Positions 25,848 to 38,031 of a DNA stretch of 64,000 nucleotides are shown here, one piece after another. Position 1 is the first letter of the stretch; each line of letters begins with the position of its first letter. This DNA comes from Ascidiella aspersa (lineage: Eukaryota). Under the pieces are notes generated by a model, which saw nothing but the letters and a program-made list of their open reading frames with translations, ran no database searches and was not told where the DNA came from. The DNA is taken from NCBI GenBank assembly GCA_963924565.1, contig OZ004613.1, forward strand, positions 6,634,001-6,698,000, written 5' to 3'. A program made the position numbers and the translations under genes.

Positions 25848-26561
25848 TTTGGTTTTCAGTATAAATCGGTTTTACAAACTGTAAGTCTGTTCGTAAAGTG
25901 TAAAAGTTTATTATATATTAATTAATATCTAATGATTGCCTTCGACAGATATATTAACATTTATGAAACCTAATTAGTACAAACGGGTATTTTTGTAGTT
26001 CAGGGCTGGCTAACCGGTGAGAGACCAAGAGCCGCAATCTTTCTTGTTTAACAAAAAAGAGACACGCCATACTTATGGCACAACAAAAAAATTACCCCAT
26101 TTCTTTCTCATTCAAACACTTAGTTTTTGCGCAGCTAAATATACCGGTAATATTGCACACTATACCACAAAGAGATGACCAAGAATTTTAGTTTTTGGGG
26201 GTAAGCATTTAAAAGATGACGCCATAAAGTAGTTATATTGACGTCATAATTTACATTTCTGTCCCCTTTTAGACGTTGGTCGCTTTTTATTGTTTTTTGT
26301 TTTTGATTGTTTTTTTTTACGGCCCGCCTATATTAAAACAGTATAAAGAAACTTCGTTTAGCGCTTGGCATCCGACAGGCCGTTTAGTAGGGATCCTGAA
26401 GTTGGTGTACCAGGAAATCATGTCTTAAGAACCTATTAAATGCAGTAAATCGTTCGCGCGAGGCAAGGTTAAATTTCTAAGCTTTTTACAGAAAGCATGG
26501 CGTATGATTATATAAGTAGGGCAATTATGTGGCACTCTATAAAAACAAATTGTATTGAATT

Positions 26562-26601
26562 CTCGACAAGCTTTCGCACAACCATGCTTCATCAGGTCAA
26601 A
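26562..26601 (-). ncRNA. Minimal type I hammerhead ribozyme, intact core (HHR-A, unit 3)
   Basis: As unit 2, with stem II GCAT/GTGC (one wobble). Confidence 0.65.
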
Positions 26602-29199
26602 GTACAAAAAAAATTTGATTACCCTATTCATAATTAGACAAATATGGCCTTTTACAAAGGATTATTGTTGGCAAACCAGTTGTGAGTGATTTACAAATGC
26701 TGAATGGTTACAAAAAAACATCGTATAAGTTTGATTTAGGGGTAGAAAATCGTAAAAGTGTGTTACCGTTTTGAAGACTGTGTGTTCCCAATTGCACCGG
26801 TCACAAGAAACAAAATTCGCTTGATCTAGTTTAACGTGAAAATAAATGCCAGTGTATTGCTGTGGCTTATCAAGAGTCACTCGAGTCTAGGGTTGTTTAA
26901 CATTTTGTTCTGATATCCACGGTTTTGGCGATAAGTATTGTATAGTCCGTTTCTCTGATAAATGACGTCACTACTGTGGCCAATTCAACAATATAAATAA
27001 AATAAAAATGTCTAAAGATCCAAAATAAAATTGAGACAGATTGTTAAATGTAAAATAAGAAGAGTATTAGACAATAATTTTGCATGAGCGTAGCCTTTGT
27101 ACAGCTTTTTAACAAAAATATTGAGACATGGAAAACCTATTTTACTCTTGAACAGGTTTTTCTTGCAATAAATTAATTTGAACGAGAATGTTTTGTCCTA
27201 ATTCTGTAGCAACTTTTACATACCATTTCACTTATTTAGATGTATTTAAATGATCTTATATGGTATTCGACTACTAGCTTAAACACAATGCAAAGGCGAC
27301 AACGTTCAAGATTTCAAGGTTAATTTGTTCAGACCAAACAAATGCAATCAATAGGCCTACTTTTTTTTAATAATCACTCAATGCAAGTCACGTAGTCGTA
27401 TAAAGTCCACCGAATGATTGTTGACACTTGGATCACGTGGTTTACCTGGTTTAGGCCAGTGGTGCAACTAACAAAAGATATATTACAACTCGATTTTAGC
27501 ATAAACACTACAGTACAATCTATTTAAGTTTAGAGAAAGAATATTTATTTTAAAATTTTAAAAGTGCAATATTGTCCATTAACAGCAACACGGTATTTCA
27601 GTCTTGGTAAATTTAATTTTCAATTGTTCAATCCAGGGCTGTAGAGTTGAAGCCGGACTCCGGACTTGACTACAAGAGTCCCAAGTCCGATGTGCGCATG
27701 CGCAGTAGCAAGTTCTGAACTAATAAGACACTACACTGTAAATGGTCGAATGGCTTCATATATGCTGTTTAAGCGATGAACTAGGTTTACCTTACCGCTT
27801 AAATCAGTTACTCTCAAACTTTGTGTATCAAGCCCCACTTATCTTTTCAAAAACTAAGATTTTTGTTTGAGGGTGACGTCACACGTTACATCATAACGCA
27901 ACGTCATTAAACATTTAATTATAGAAAACCCGCGTTTGGTTGATTCACAATGGCAACACTTTTGATTTAAAAGGATACGTTATGCATTAGGTTAAAAAAA
28001 ACACTCACATTTTGTCCGAATTAATGACATTTATGTTTTAATTATAAAATTGCTCTTCCGGCAAATATATACATTGTGCTGAAGAAGATTGTCCGAATGT
28101 GGTCGAAACGTTGGTACTTTCATAAAATTTTGCCGGTAGAACAATTTTACAATTAAAACATTTCTTGTGCAATAGTATTTTGAGAATTTAAACATTTACT
28201 ATTTTGAATCACTGAATCAATACAAACAGACTGCTTACTACTGTTAAAAGTACAACATTTTTATTTAATAAAACATATTTTAGAAAAAATGAAATAAAAA
28301 TTAAAATATGCCAATTTATGTTTTTACTGATTTAAATCGCACGACGGTATTCTAAAATGTTAATAGCACGAACTATACAGAGAAAAATGCTGCATAAATG
28401 CTGCATTTTGAAGAATTAAATCTCACTATGTTGTTCACCAGGTTGGAGTGGGGCGTGTTAACACTTTCAACAGTGGCGCGATATCCCCTTATTTGGGCAC
28501 AACAGGTTGGTAGTAGGCAGTTCTTTTGTGTAATCAGCTTATCAGGGCATATAGGGCTAGCTAGCAGGCACCTTTTCGTAATTTTGCGGAGCCATCTTTT
28601 CGTGAATGCGTTATGACGCAAGCGAACATGACTGGCACTAATATATGAAGGCGACGGTTGCAAAAAGAAGCTAGCAAACATAATGTACTTGTCGCTGGTT
28701 ATCGCGAAGCCTTGGGGGAGTCAGAAAAAGCACTTCACGTTATTGTTTGTGGCTCAATTTCAACTCCATCTAATTGCTCGATGGACTATGTGTTGTCGCA
28801 TTAAAGGGTTCCTGTGCGCTATTGCGAAATCTCTTTGCGTTGCCAATTAGGCCTCCGTGGTTGCTCAAGATAAAATAAGCACAACACATGGTTTAAAAGA
28901 TGCAGCTTCTTAACGTCTGTCAGTTACATTTAAACTAACAGAGTCGCTCTAGGTATCCGTTAAGATTAGGGAACCCGCAACAGACTTTAATTGATTGCAA
29001 AGCAAAGTATTAACAATATGCAGTTGTAATTGTATAACTATATCGTTTAAAACCTTTTGTTCACTGACACTTTTCCGTTTAATAAATTGCAAAGATGAAA
29101 GTTGTGATCTTACCAAACTAATAGAACACATCAATAAACTTTGCAGATCAGCGCTCGCGAAAAAATTCACCCATAAACTCTACTGACGTCACACTCAAA

Positions 29200-29837
29200 A
29201 ATCTTTCGTACGATCGATAAAACAAGCTTACTTTGAATCCTACCTCGTGTGATCACAACAAACCAAAACCACGTGGTCCAAAAAACATGGTAAAAGCAGC
29301 CTAGCAACCGTCACGCTTAGTCGCTTACGGAACCTTCTCTATCGTGCCTGTATTAGTTGTTTATTTAGTTTTTTGGCTGTTGTATCGTCCCCGCTCCATT
29401 CCGTTGCATTGTTATATTTTTGTTTCTGTTTGTTATACCCTTGTTCGTGTTTTATTGTATTGTTATCATTGTATTGTATTTAGTTATCATTGTAATTATT
29501 GTATTGTATGGCAAAGGTGCCATTCACAAATTGTGCCCCTTCTGTCGCTTATTTTGCACCGTTGCCCTTTTGTTTTTTGCTGTTTGTTTGTACCTCTTTT
29601 TGTTTTGTTTTTCTACAAAGGATGTTCACTGTTATAGCAGCCACTAATGTGGCCAAAATTATGTTGTTTCATTGTATTTAAATTTGTTTTTTAATGATTT
29701 AATTTGCCGTATACCTGTACATGTATTCTGATTATATTGCGGTCAGGGAGCGGCTGACTTTGATGACCTAACGGTCTTTCGCTGCTCCCTGGGAATCTAC
29801 TTCCCTAACAATAAACATATCTATCTATCTATATCTA
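29200..29837 (+). mobile_element. 5'-truncated non-LTR retrotransposon (CR1/L2-group-like), unique to unit 3
   Basis: Absent from units 1 and 2; TCAAA duplicated at both ends; ORF tail KSFVRSIKQAYFESYLV*, T-rich 3'UTR, stem-loop CAGGGAGC..GCTCCCTG, AATAAA then (TATC)n tail. Confidence 0.85.
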
Positions 29838-30117
29838 TCAAATCGGCTCTCTACTGCCACAATAGGCCACGTTAGAGCGAAAACATGACAACGTTAAATA
29901 ATGACGCATATACGTTTATATATGCAATTAGTCGTTATACAAGTTCCATTACGTACTTAATTCGCCTACGTCATGCTTTTCGTTTATGCGATAGTCTGAA
30001 TAACGCGCAAACGAGGGTTCATACAACTCCTAGAGTTCTTTCATGTAACTTCATTTATGATATAAGCTGTTGCTACCAGGCATAGTAATAAAAATAAAAA
30101 ACGATTTCCTCTGGTAC

Positions 30118-30187
30118 TTGTAATTCTTTAGTCACCCTGACGAAGGTGACTTACATAGGTTGCCGAAACGTTGGTAAAGAATTACAA
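30118..30187 (+). ncRNA. Minimal type I hammerhead ribozyme, intact core (HHR-C, unit 3); core-mutated copies at 19488-19557 and 24447-24516
   Basis: CTGACGA-A-GGTGAC(8 nt)GTTGCC-GAAACGTT; extended stem I TTGTAATTCTTTA..CC / GGTAAAGAATTACAA; units 1 and 2 read CAGGCGA. Confidence 0.68.
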
Positions 30188-31226
30188 TCATTTCCTATAT
30201 CTTAGATGGTAGTCGCATTTAGGGATGCGATGCTCGATAATTTGAGCAAAACTAGCCGGTACACCGATAGCAAATGACGCCATTACTATAATCTTATAAT
30301 TAAAACTGTGGGCATTATAACGTGCAAACGACTTGCGCATGTGAGTACCAAATTACGAAACTCAAGGTCGTAAAGTGTAAATTGTAAAGGTGGAATAGCA
30401 TATATGGCTGAATATTTTTCAAACATGTATTGTGGGTAAATGAACCGCCTATGGGTGAATTGCTGAATACACACTTTGTTTGAATTACGTAAATTGGTGA
30501 AATACAGGCTGCAGAGGCGGAGTCGGACTCAGGTTACTCTTTTTTTGGCTGAAGTCGGACTCCGGCTATTCTTAAACGACTCCGCAGCCCGGGTTAAAAA
30601 TACTACCACTTGACATCATCTATCGCCTAAGATCCGATGATGTCGGACCTCCCTACTCATATTCATCTATGCATCAGCGGTCCTCAGACCTTGCGGGCAT
30701 CTTTTACTCTTAATGTACGTCCGAACATTTACTTACAAACAAAGAAAAAAATAAGATATCCTGTTCTATAAACATTCAAACCGTTGCCCATACAAACTGC
30801 TTACTGTAAGCTATAACACAAGCTGTCAAAATACTTGTTTTAATTATAAAGATAAGGAGGTAATTCGGCTAATATATGTACTTAAAATATCTTGCGTGAA
30901 TCCCTGAAAACTCTTTGTCCATCGGTCTCAGTTTAAAACCGTTCAATTCAAAAGTGAAACCATTTAGTAGGCTACCATTGAAAGGCGAATATAATTTGGT
31001 AAAAGTAATACTTCCTATATTTTATCAAATGGGGTTTGTTAATGTGACAGCTTGGTTATCGAATACGAAAACAATACGAAATATTTATCAACAGTGCCAC
31101 ATGACCTGCTTTTGTTACATACTGAAACGTTTGTTTAATATAAATTTAATCAACTTTTGTTTGCACTTGGACAATGCTTAAACAATCCAAAAGTTACGTA
31201 TTGTAAGACAATGCTAAACACGTGCA

Positions 31227-31312
31227 CTATGGTATATCAAACGGTCCAACATGAAACTATGGTATAGTCAAAAAGTCCAACATGAAACTATGGTATAGTC
31301 AAAAAGTCCAAC
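31227..31312. repeat. About 31-bp tandem repeat x3 at the outer end of the triplication
   Basis: CTATGGTATAGTCAAAAAGTCCAACATGAAA units start at 31227, 31257 and 31288. Confidence 0.85.
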
Positions 31313-33570
31313 TTGTTTAACCAATCAGAGTTTAACCTTTCTACATCGGAAAGCACTGCCAACTTAAAATAATTTCATCAACCTGCAACCAAAGTGGAAG
31401 TGAATAGAACCGATATTTGCAATCTTATTGGTAGCCTATATAAATTTATCATTGCCTGGAATACACCACATAATTACTACTTAGGACAAAATTACAACAA
31501 AACGACCATCAAATCAAGTCACGCAGAAAATCCAAGCTTGACCAAGTTTCCTACGAATAACAACAAACCTCGCAAAATCTAAGCTACCTTTCTTAAATAA
31601 GTTAAGCTTTGTACGTCAGTATTAGAGCTGCCAATCAGACAAGCATAAGATTACACTGTTTATTTGTAAATAGTTTTGATTTCGGTAAAAAAGCAACGTT
31701 TAAGTTTGAATAACACTACATTTCTAAATAAAACTTTTGCAATATTAAGAAAACATTTTCAACACTTCTACGAACAACAGTTATGCTTATAATATTACAT
31801 AAAATATTAGTATTACTTCTACTGACAGTTTTCATGCTGAAACACCATCAAGATCCGTCGAATTTGTTCTGGTAAACTCTTTTTTCTCTCTATAGACTCT
31901 AGCAACACAAAGCTTCTTTTGCTCCACCATGTGGCTAACGTTTGGCGGCCGTTATACAGCTTCAAACGGGCCGAGTAAATTTTGTGACGCGAAAAAAACT
32001 TCTGTCTGCCGCGCGACGCTTTACAACGGTCGCGTGATGTTTAGTTTGTGTCGTGTGCCGCTTCAAAAAATTTCGAGGAGGGGGATAATATAGGGCAGTG
32101 TAGTGCTTTTTAATCTTTCAAAAAAACGTTCGAACTTTGTTATTTCGGAAAATTGTCATCCGCACAAAACAGGCACAGTAAGTTTGCAACCTGCAGTTTT
32201 CCCGATTTGTAAAAAACAATGAACGGGTTGTTTATTAAAACTGTGAGCCTTAACCGATATAAAATAGATAGCTTAAGCTGCAAAGAACCACCGAGGGACT
32301 ATATTATTGATTACTGTACTACACATAATTAAAATATTAATATGCACCATTTTTATCCGCACATTTATTCGCACGACGTTTGTCATCCGCATTAGAAAGT
32401 GCATACTATCCCACGGGTTAAACAACACTGATATATGGTATACAAAAATAATATTTTAACGGATTTATTTAGTTAGAATTTCCTCACGTAAAATCTAACT
32501 TAAGTTGCTGATGGTTCTTTGCCTGGTGGTCGGGGCGTGCAACATAATGGGCTATTTATATGACTGCTTCTAAATCGATCGGCTTCATAATTTGGGCCAC
32601 GCTTTGTGCCTTATGTAAGCAGCCGGCCGTTTTGGAAGCGGCCATTGAAACTGGCCGATTCATGTTGAGCAAAACGAATTGAAGCCGCCGAAGCAAACGC
32701 AATCAGTTTGGTGCAGAATAAGCCGTAAGCAATCACACGAGAAAGCATTTGATCATCAGCTGAGCTAGTTGTGTTGTGCTATGCTATGGTTTACCTCTGT
32801 GATGAAGTTTGCTTCTGTTAGAGCTGTAGGTTTACTTTTACAAGGTACAGTATATGTTAAAAATTTTAAAATGCGACAAACACCATTTTTTCCAGTAATT
32901 ATTGGAATAAATGATTATAACGGGCGTTGCACAGGCTAACACAGTGTTAACCATTCCAAATATTAAAGTATAACAAATTTACAGGAAAACACGTGTCTTT
33001 TTGAGCACTGAGTGAGTTGAAAATGACGATAGTTGGCGAAAAACAACAGCAATAACAATTAACAAAGCTATAACAGAGGCTGTGGCCTAAAAATTTTTTG
33101 ACTTGTTGTAAGGTATCATTGCGTGCTTTTTGAGCTGTTCACAGTTTTGAGCTAGATACGAAGCAAGACAATTTTTGTTAAGGTTAGCAAAACGTGTGAG
33201 TTTAATAGGATCGGTATTTATTCTCGATAGTTTTTATATATAAAATGTGTAAAAGTATTAAAAATAAGTTATTAATAGTTATTTCATTTACAATCTCGCG
33301 CCCTTCAAATAGTTTATAGTTTTATTTTAACTGCTGGTGTTCTAATTTGTTGAAGATCACTTTAAAATCCCTTCATTACAGGACCTTTTTACGTGTGTTC
33401 CCTAATGCAGCTTTAATTTTTTTTATCGTGAATCACTGCAAAGTGCTGAGTTATTTAACATGATCAGCCGAAGGTTATTCGGATTCCTTCAGTGCGAGGC
33501 CTCTAAGGTTTATTGCTGTCGATTTGCACACGGGAACAAAAGCTACATGGCTAGAAGGTTTCTAACATAT

Positions 33571-33652
33571 CTGGGTATAGTAGATTTAAAATAGGTTCCA
33601 TATTTCAAGAAATATATGCCAGAGGAACCTATTTTAAATCTACTATGCCTGG
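33571..33652. repeat. 82-nt hairpin with a perfect 23-bp stem
   Basis: ATAGTAGATTTAAAATAGGTTCC (33577-33599) pairs with 33624-33646. Confidence 0.85.
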
Positions 33653-35539
33653 CAGAAACAGCATATTTACTGGGTATAGTACAGTTGTACAAAATTTTAT
33701 TAAAGTGCCAATGTTTCGAACATAGCAATAAACCTGACGTCATATACCACAACATTTCCCAAAGCAATGAAGCTAGTTCGTCGGAACCGACCTATTTAAG
33801 GAGGAAAGTGAGTAAAACGTTTCTCATATAACATAAAGGTGTTTTAAAATAGTTTTAGTTGCTGTTGGTGCATTGCTACCGCTGGGTTTCTTTTCACTTT
33901 TTAATCCCACTTTTGATCATCTATCAACTTTGTTACGTCACATTATGACGTTTCATTTTACTACAAAAGGGGGGTTCGTAATAGGCCTATATTACGGGTG
34001 ACCGGCCAGAAACGTCCCAAAACGCCGTCGTCAAATACTCACAATTCCATGCATTAAGTGGTTCTAATCGACTTTCAACAAGTATAAGTAAGGTCTATTT
34101 ATCGGACATTTTGTTTACAGGAAGAAAAACATGAACGACTTCTGAAATGACTACTTCTGAATGTTGAAAGCCAACAGCATAGGTGAGCTACTTCACAGTA
34201 TTTAAAAAGCTTTTTCTAACGATCAGGCTGGTCGTCAATAGCAAGGAGGGCAAATGCTATAGGTTCTCCAGACGGCCTCGTGAATCCCTGTCAATTATGT
34301 TGACTGTTCATAACAACTCTATGTAATGATAACAACCAATGACTGCAATGTACATACATCGGTGATTGAGATGGCACACGCTGTCAAGTAAACGTGTATA
34401 TTGCAAAGTATAGGTGGTGACATTGTATTCGTGGCGCATGCCACAAAAACTATGTTAGGTGGCAAAAATATATATTAAATTAAACTGGGTATTGCCCGAT
34501 AAAATCCGTTTGGAGCCAATACTCGATTTCCAGTGGTAATGATGGTCCTCGTCCGATACTAGGGTGGTAACGGTGCCGATCGGATATTAAATAATGCAGG
34601 AATTTTGCAATAATTTGCAAATAAACGCAGTGATTTCTACTTTGTAACGTGAACTTTTCCAAAACAATAGTTTAACCCAGTGGTGTCCAACTCAAACAGG
34701 CCGACGTGCCAACTTTTATCTTATAACTGAAAATCGCTTTTTGACAAAAGTAAAAACGTATTTACATATGAAAAACATTTCTTTATTTAATTAAGAAAAC
34801 CAGTCATAATTGCCACATTTGACACGCGTGCCGCATATTGGACCCACTTGGTTTATCACTGGCGGTAACTATAAACAACCTAATTTAAAAGCAAATTTTG
34901 GCGAAAGAAGCTGAAAAAAGTAACCCTTGAAATTTTTAATTTCACCTATTTTTGCTTGTTCGCGAGTAGTGACGTTACTTTGGGTCTGGTTGTTGGAAAA
35001 AGCGTCACATATCGGAATCGGACAAGACTAAAGTAAACAAGACGAATGCGCCTTCGTTGTAGTAGAAACAATATAAGAGGTTTTTGAATTAAGCTCGTCC
35101 ACTCAACACTGACTTGTTGAGTTTACTGACCTTGATAAATTAATCAGAAGGCATTCTATCAAGCTGAAACCCATGACTTAGTTGATTGTGTTACCGTAAA
35201 GCAACACAATAATTGTAATTATGGGACTTTTGCAAAAGTGCCTACACCTGGTCGTAAAATGAGCCTATAAACCACGAACACCACAATGACCAAAAGTGAT
35301 GGAAGATATACTATAAAGGCGTGCATTATACGCACGACAATTGGCTAATACCATGAACACCATGACTTTGTATGAAAGTGATGGAAGTTATATAGACGAT
35401 GTTTAGGCGACGTAAAGTGTGTAGTATTACATAATATACAGTACAATTGTTAAAGCATGTTATCACACTAATCATGCGACATTGGAAAGATTAATAAGGT
35501 CATATTCAAATAGAGGTCGCATTCTTAAAGACAATTTAT

Positions 35540-36313
35540 TTATGCAAACAAACCACCAGATACTTGAAGTACGGCTCCATTAATGTAAGAGCTTTCATCG
35601 CTTGCCAGGAACAAACAAGTATTAGCAACTTCGACCGGCTTTCCAAGGCGACCCAATGGAACTACTGGCTTGATGCCATCAACAGCTGCACTATCAAGAG
35701 CATTCAGCAATGGGGTATCAATTACTCCCGGCATAACCGAATTGCACCTGACACCAAACCTCCCCACCTCAATGCACGTCGTCTTTGTGAAAGCAATCAC
35801 CCCCGCTTTGGAAGCAGCATAAGCAGAGCAATTTCGAAATCCCACCTTTCCTGCAATGCTAGAAACGTTAACGATACTTGCTCCTGTTGCATCCTTGTTC
35901 CCTTCAAGCTCGAGTCGCCGAATAAACTCTCTTGTAAAAGTGAAGACGGCCTTTAGGTTGACGTCCAAAACGTGTTTGCAACTAGACGCGGTTGTTTCGA
36001 CGATTGGAGACATAGGCATGACACCGGCGTTGTTTACTAGAACATTGCAATTCTGCCCGAACTGTTTGCTAACAGCAGTAAGAGCGTCAGAAGCCGAACT
36101 CTCTTCAGTAACATCACATCTAGTCATCGCCACTTGGCCTTCATATTTGGCAACCAGCTTTTCGTAGACACATTGTAGAGTTTCAGCATTCAAATCCACC
36201 ATCATAACCTTTGAACCTTCGGCCAGAAAGCGTTCGCAAATAGCTTCCCCGATGCCCCCTGCGGCTCCAGTGATAATAGCCACTTTACCGTTTAACCTAC
36301 CAACTTGCGCCAT
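35540..36313 (-). CDS. HSD17B8-like classical SDR, intact, 257 aa, NAD-type (MMVDL)
   Basis: TGAAGGIG, NNAG, NVSS, YAASK, RCNSVMPG, C-terminal QVSGGLFA; intronless CDS. Confidence 0.9.
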   Translation of the reverse strand: MAQVGRLNGKVAIITGAAGGIGEAICERFLAEGSKVMMVDLNAETLQCVYEKLVAKYEGQVAMTRCDVTEESSASDALTAVSKQFGQNCNVLVNNAGVMPMSPIVETTASSCKHVLDVNLKAVFTFTREFIRRLELEGNKDATGASIVNVSSIAGKVGFRNCSAYAASKAGVIAFTKTTCIEVGRFGVRCNSVMPGVIDTPLLNALDSAAVDGIKPVVPLGRLGKPVEVANTCLFLASDESSYINGAVLQVSGGLFA

Positions 36314-36664
36314 TCTTAATCTTAGGCACAAAACAGTAGTGCGGATAACCTTAGCAGTCAAAACGACTAAGTTGCTTGTCAGCCTAATTCTAACACAAGT
36401 TCAAAACCGCAGCCAAGCGAGCAAATACCTCATACTTAGCTGATGCTTTTTTTGGTCGGTAACGTAAAGTGCACCCAACCGAATCTAAGAGCCCCTATGC
36501 TTTTGTTTTTATATATTATATATATTTTTTCGTTACTTCGATGTAACAAATGTAAATAAAGCGAGTTTAACATCTTCCTTCTTCAGCTTCCCAAGCAGGA
36601 CGGGAGATAGCAGTGCAATTTATAAAAAATTAGTCACAGTTTAAATATTTATTCGATCAAAAAA

Positions 36665-36900
36665 TGTACTTGAAGTAAAAGCTTTCTTTGCTTGCCAGGA
36701 ACAAACAAGCATTTGTACTTTAAAGGTTTTTTTTCAAACACAGCAATTAAATTGTTTTGATTGCTTCATGTTTTCCCGGGGCGGATATTTTGGAAATGGT
36801 GAATTAATAAAACCAGGTGTAAGCGCGTTGTACCTAAAACCAAATCGTCCCAATGCTCATCATCTTTGTTAACTTATTTTGCCTTTGTCGAGGTGTACAA
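36665..36900 (-). pseudogene. Highly degraded SDR C-terminal remnant
   Basis: GCTTGCCAGGAACAAACAAGCAT (ACLFLAS) and a G-F-R-Y-N-A-L-T-P-G-L-I-like stretch. Confidence 0.65.
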
Positions 36901-36947
36901 AGTGTCTGATATGTTCGACGCAGGTCTTAATTCCGAAAACCCTTTGG

Positions 36948-37262
36948 CAGTGTTGTAAACGAGTTGTTTTAAAATGATCTAAATTCCAAGCCAAGTCATT
37001 TGTAAAATAACTTATAACTTAAGCCCAAGTCAATAGATTTGTGAAATAACTTGAGTCCAAATTAAGTCTGTTTAAACAAATAACAAGTCATGTCCCGGTC
37101 TAGTTATTATTAGAGCAAGTCAAATCCAAGTCAAGGCCTTAAACTATTAAAATGAGTCATTAGTCTAAAACGTTAGTCATTTTGCCGGAAAGACTTATAT
37201 CAAGTCTCGTCAGACTTAAGTGCACTCAATTCAAGTCACTAATTTAAGTCATTACAACAACT
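36948..37262. mobile_element. CAAGT-repeat MITE; relatives at about 41557-41915, 51696-51936, 54268-54683 and ending at 40266
   Basis: CAGTGTTGTAA start, TTACAACA end, dense internal CAAGTC repeats. Confidence 0.65.
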
Positions 37263-38031
37263 CCTTTAATATGTAGTTGGTGTTATGGTGACTATATTCT
37301 AGCTTATGGTGGTTGCATTTAAATGTCTATGCTTTACGTTTATTTATTTTTATATTTAGCCCACTTTAAAAGATATTTTTTTGGTATTTGGTTCTACATA
37401 CTTATTTTTACTTGTTTAAAATGTGTTTAAATAAAAATTAAAAAAGCAATTTAATAAGTAAAAAAATATAAATGATGATGATGATGATGATGAATGATAA
37501 TAATAGTAAAATGAAAAAACATAATTCAGCAAATAAATTAAAATAAAGTGTTAACTTTAACAGGGCAACATAATAAAAACACACACTCCGAAGTTTCGGA
37601 CTAAATCTTTTAGGCAGCCTAAAAAAGATTATTCCGCAAAGTTAAAAATTCCGGTATACGGTCAGTGTGTATTTTTATGTTTCTTATAGTTTACGCACAA
37701 AATAACAATTTTGCCGACCATTGGAATGTGTAATTGTTTTTCAATCTGTTTGCCTGCTTATATATTGCATACGCCACGCTACTGACAGCTGTATAGCGGT
37801 TGTTCCTCCCTAATAAGCAAATTTTAAAAAGGTACCAGTTAAATTGCGGATTAGTTTGTTACTGATTGTTCATTTATCTACGAAATTTTTATATGTTTTC
37901 CTAATGTAAATGCTGCATAAAGTTGCCCATTTTAGATTACCGTGATTACATGCTGTAAAGCAAAGGGCCTAACTTTAACTGTTTGTCAATTAGCGGTCAG
38001 CTTAGTTGTATACGAGTGTCAAATTTGTGAT

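Larger units (their letters stand above)
15471..31324. repeat. Tandem triplication, units about 15471-20524, 20525-25615 and 25616-31324
   Basis: Long near-identical stretches recur at about 5.05-5.1 kb spacing, for example the near-identical 102-aa shadow ORFs at 18388, 23346 and 28373. Confidence 0.95.

Noticed and set aside
31227-31312. CRISPR-like array
   Set aside because: Head-to-tail repeats with no spacers, in eukaryotic DNA
15471-31324. Triplication as a retrozyme or LTR-element array
   Set aside because: Units are about 5 kb, contain a host exon and unrelated nested elements, and show no terminal repeats, TSD or RT
35564-36167. Antisense ORFs overlapping SDR genes (also at 40638, 53562, 59376 and 62894)
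   Set aside because: Shadow frames of the SDR coding sequence
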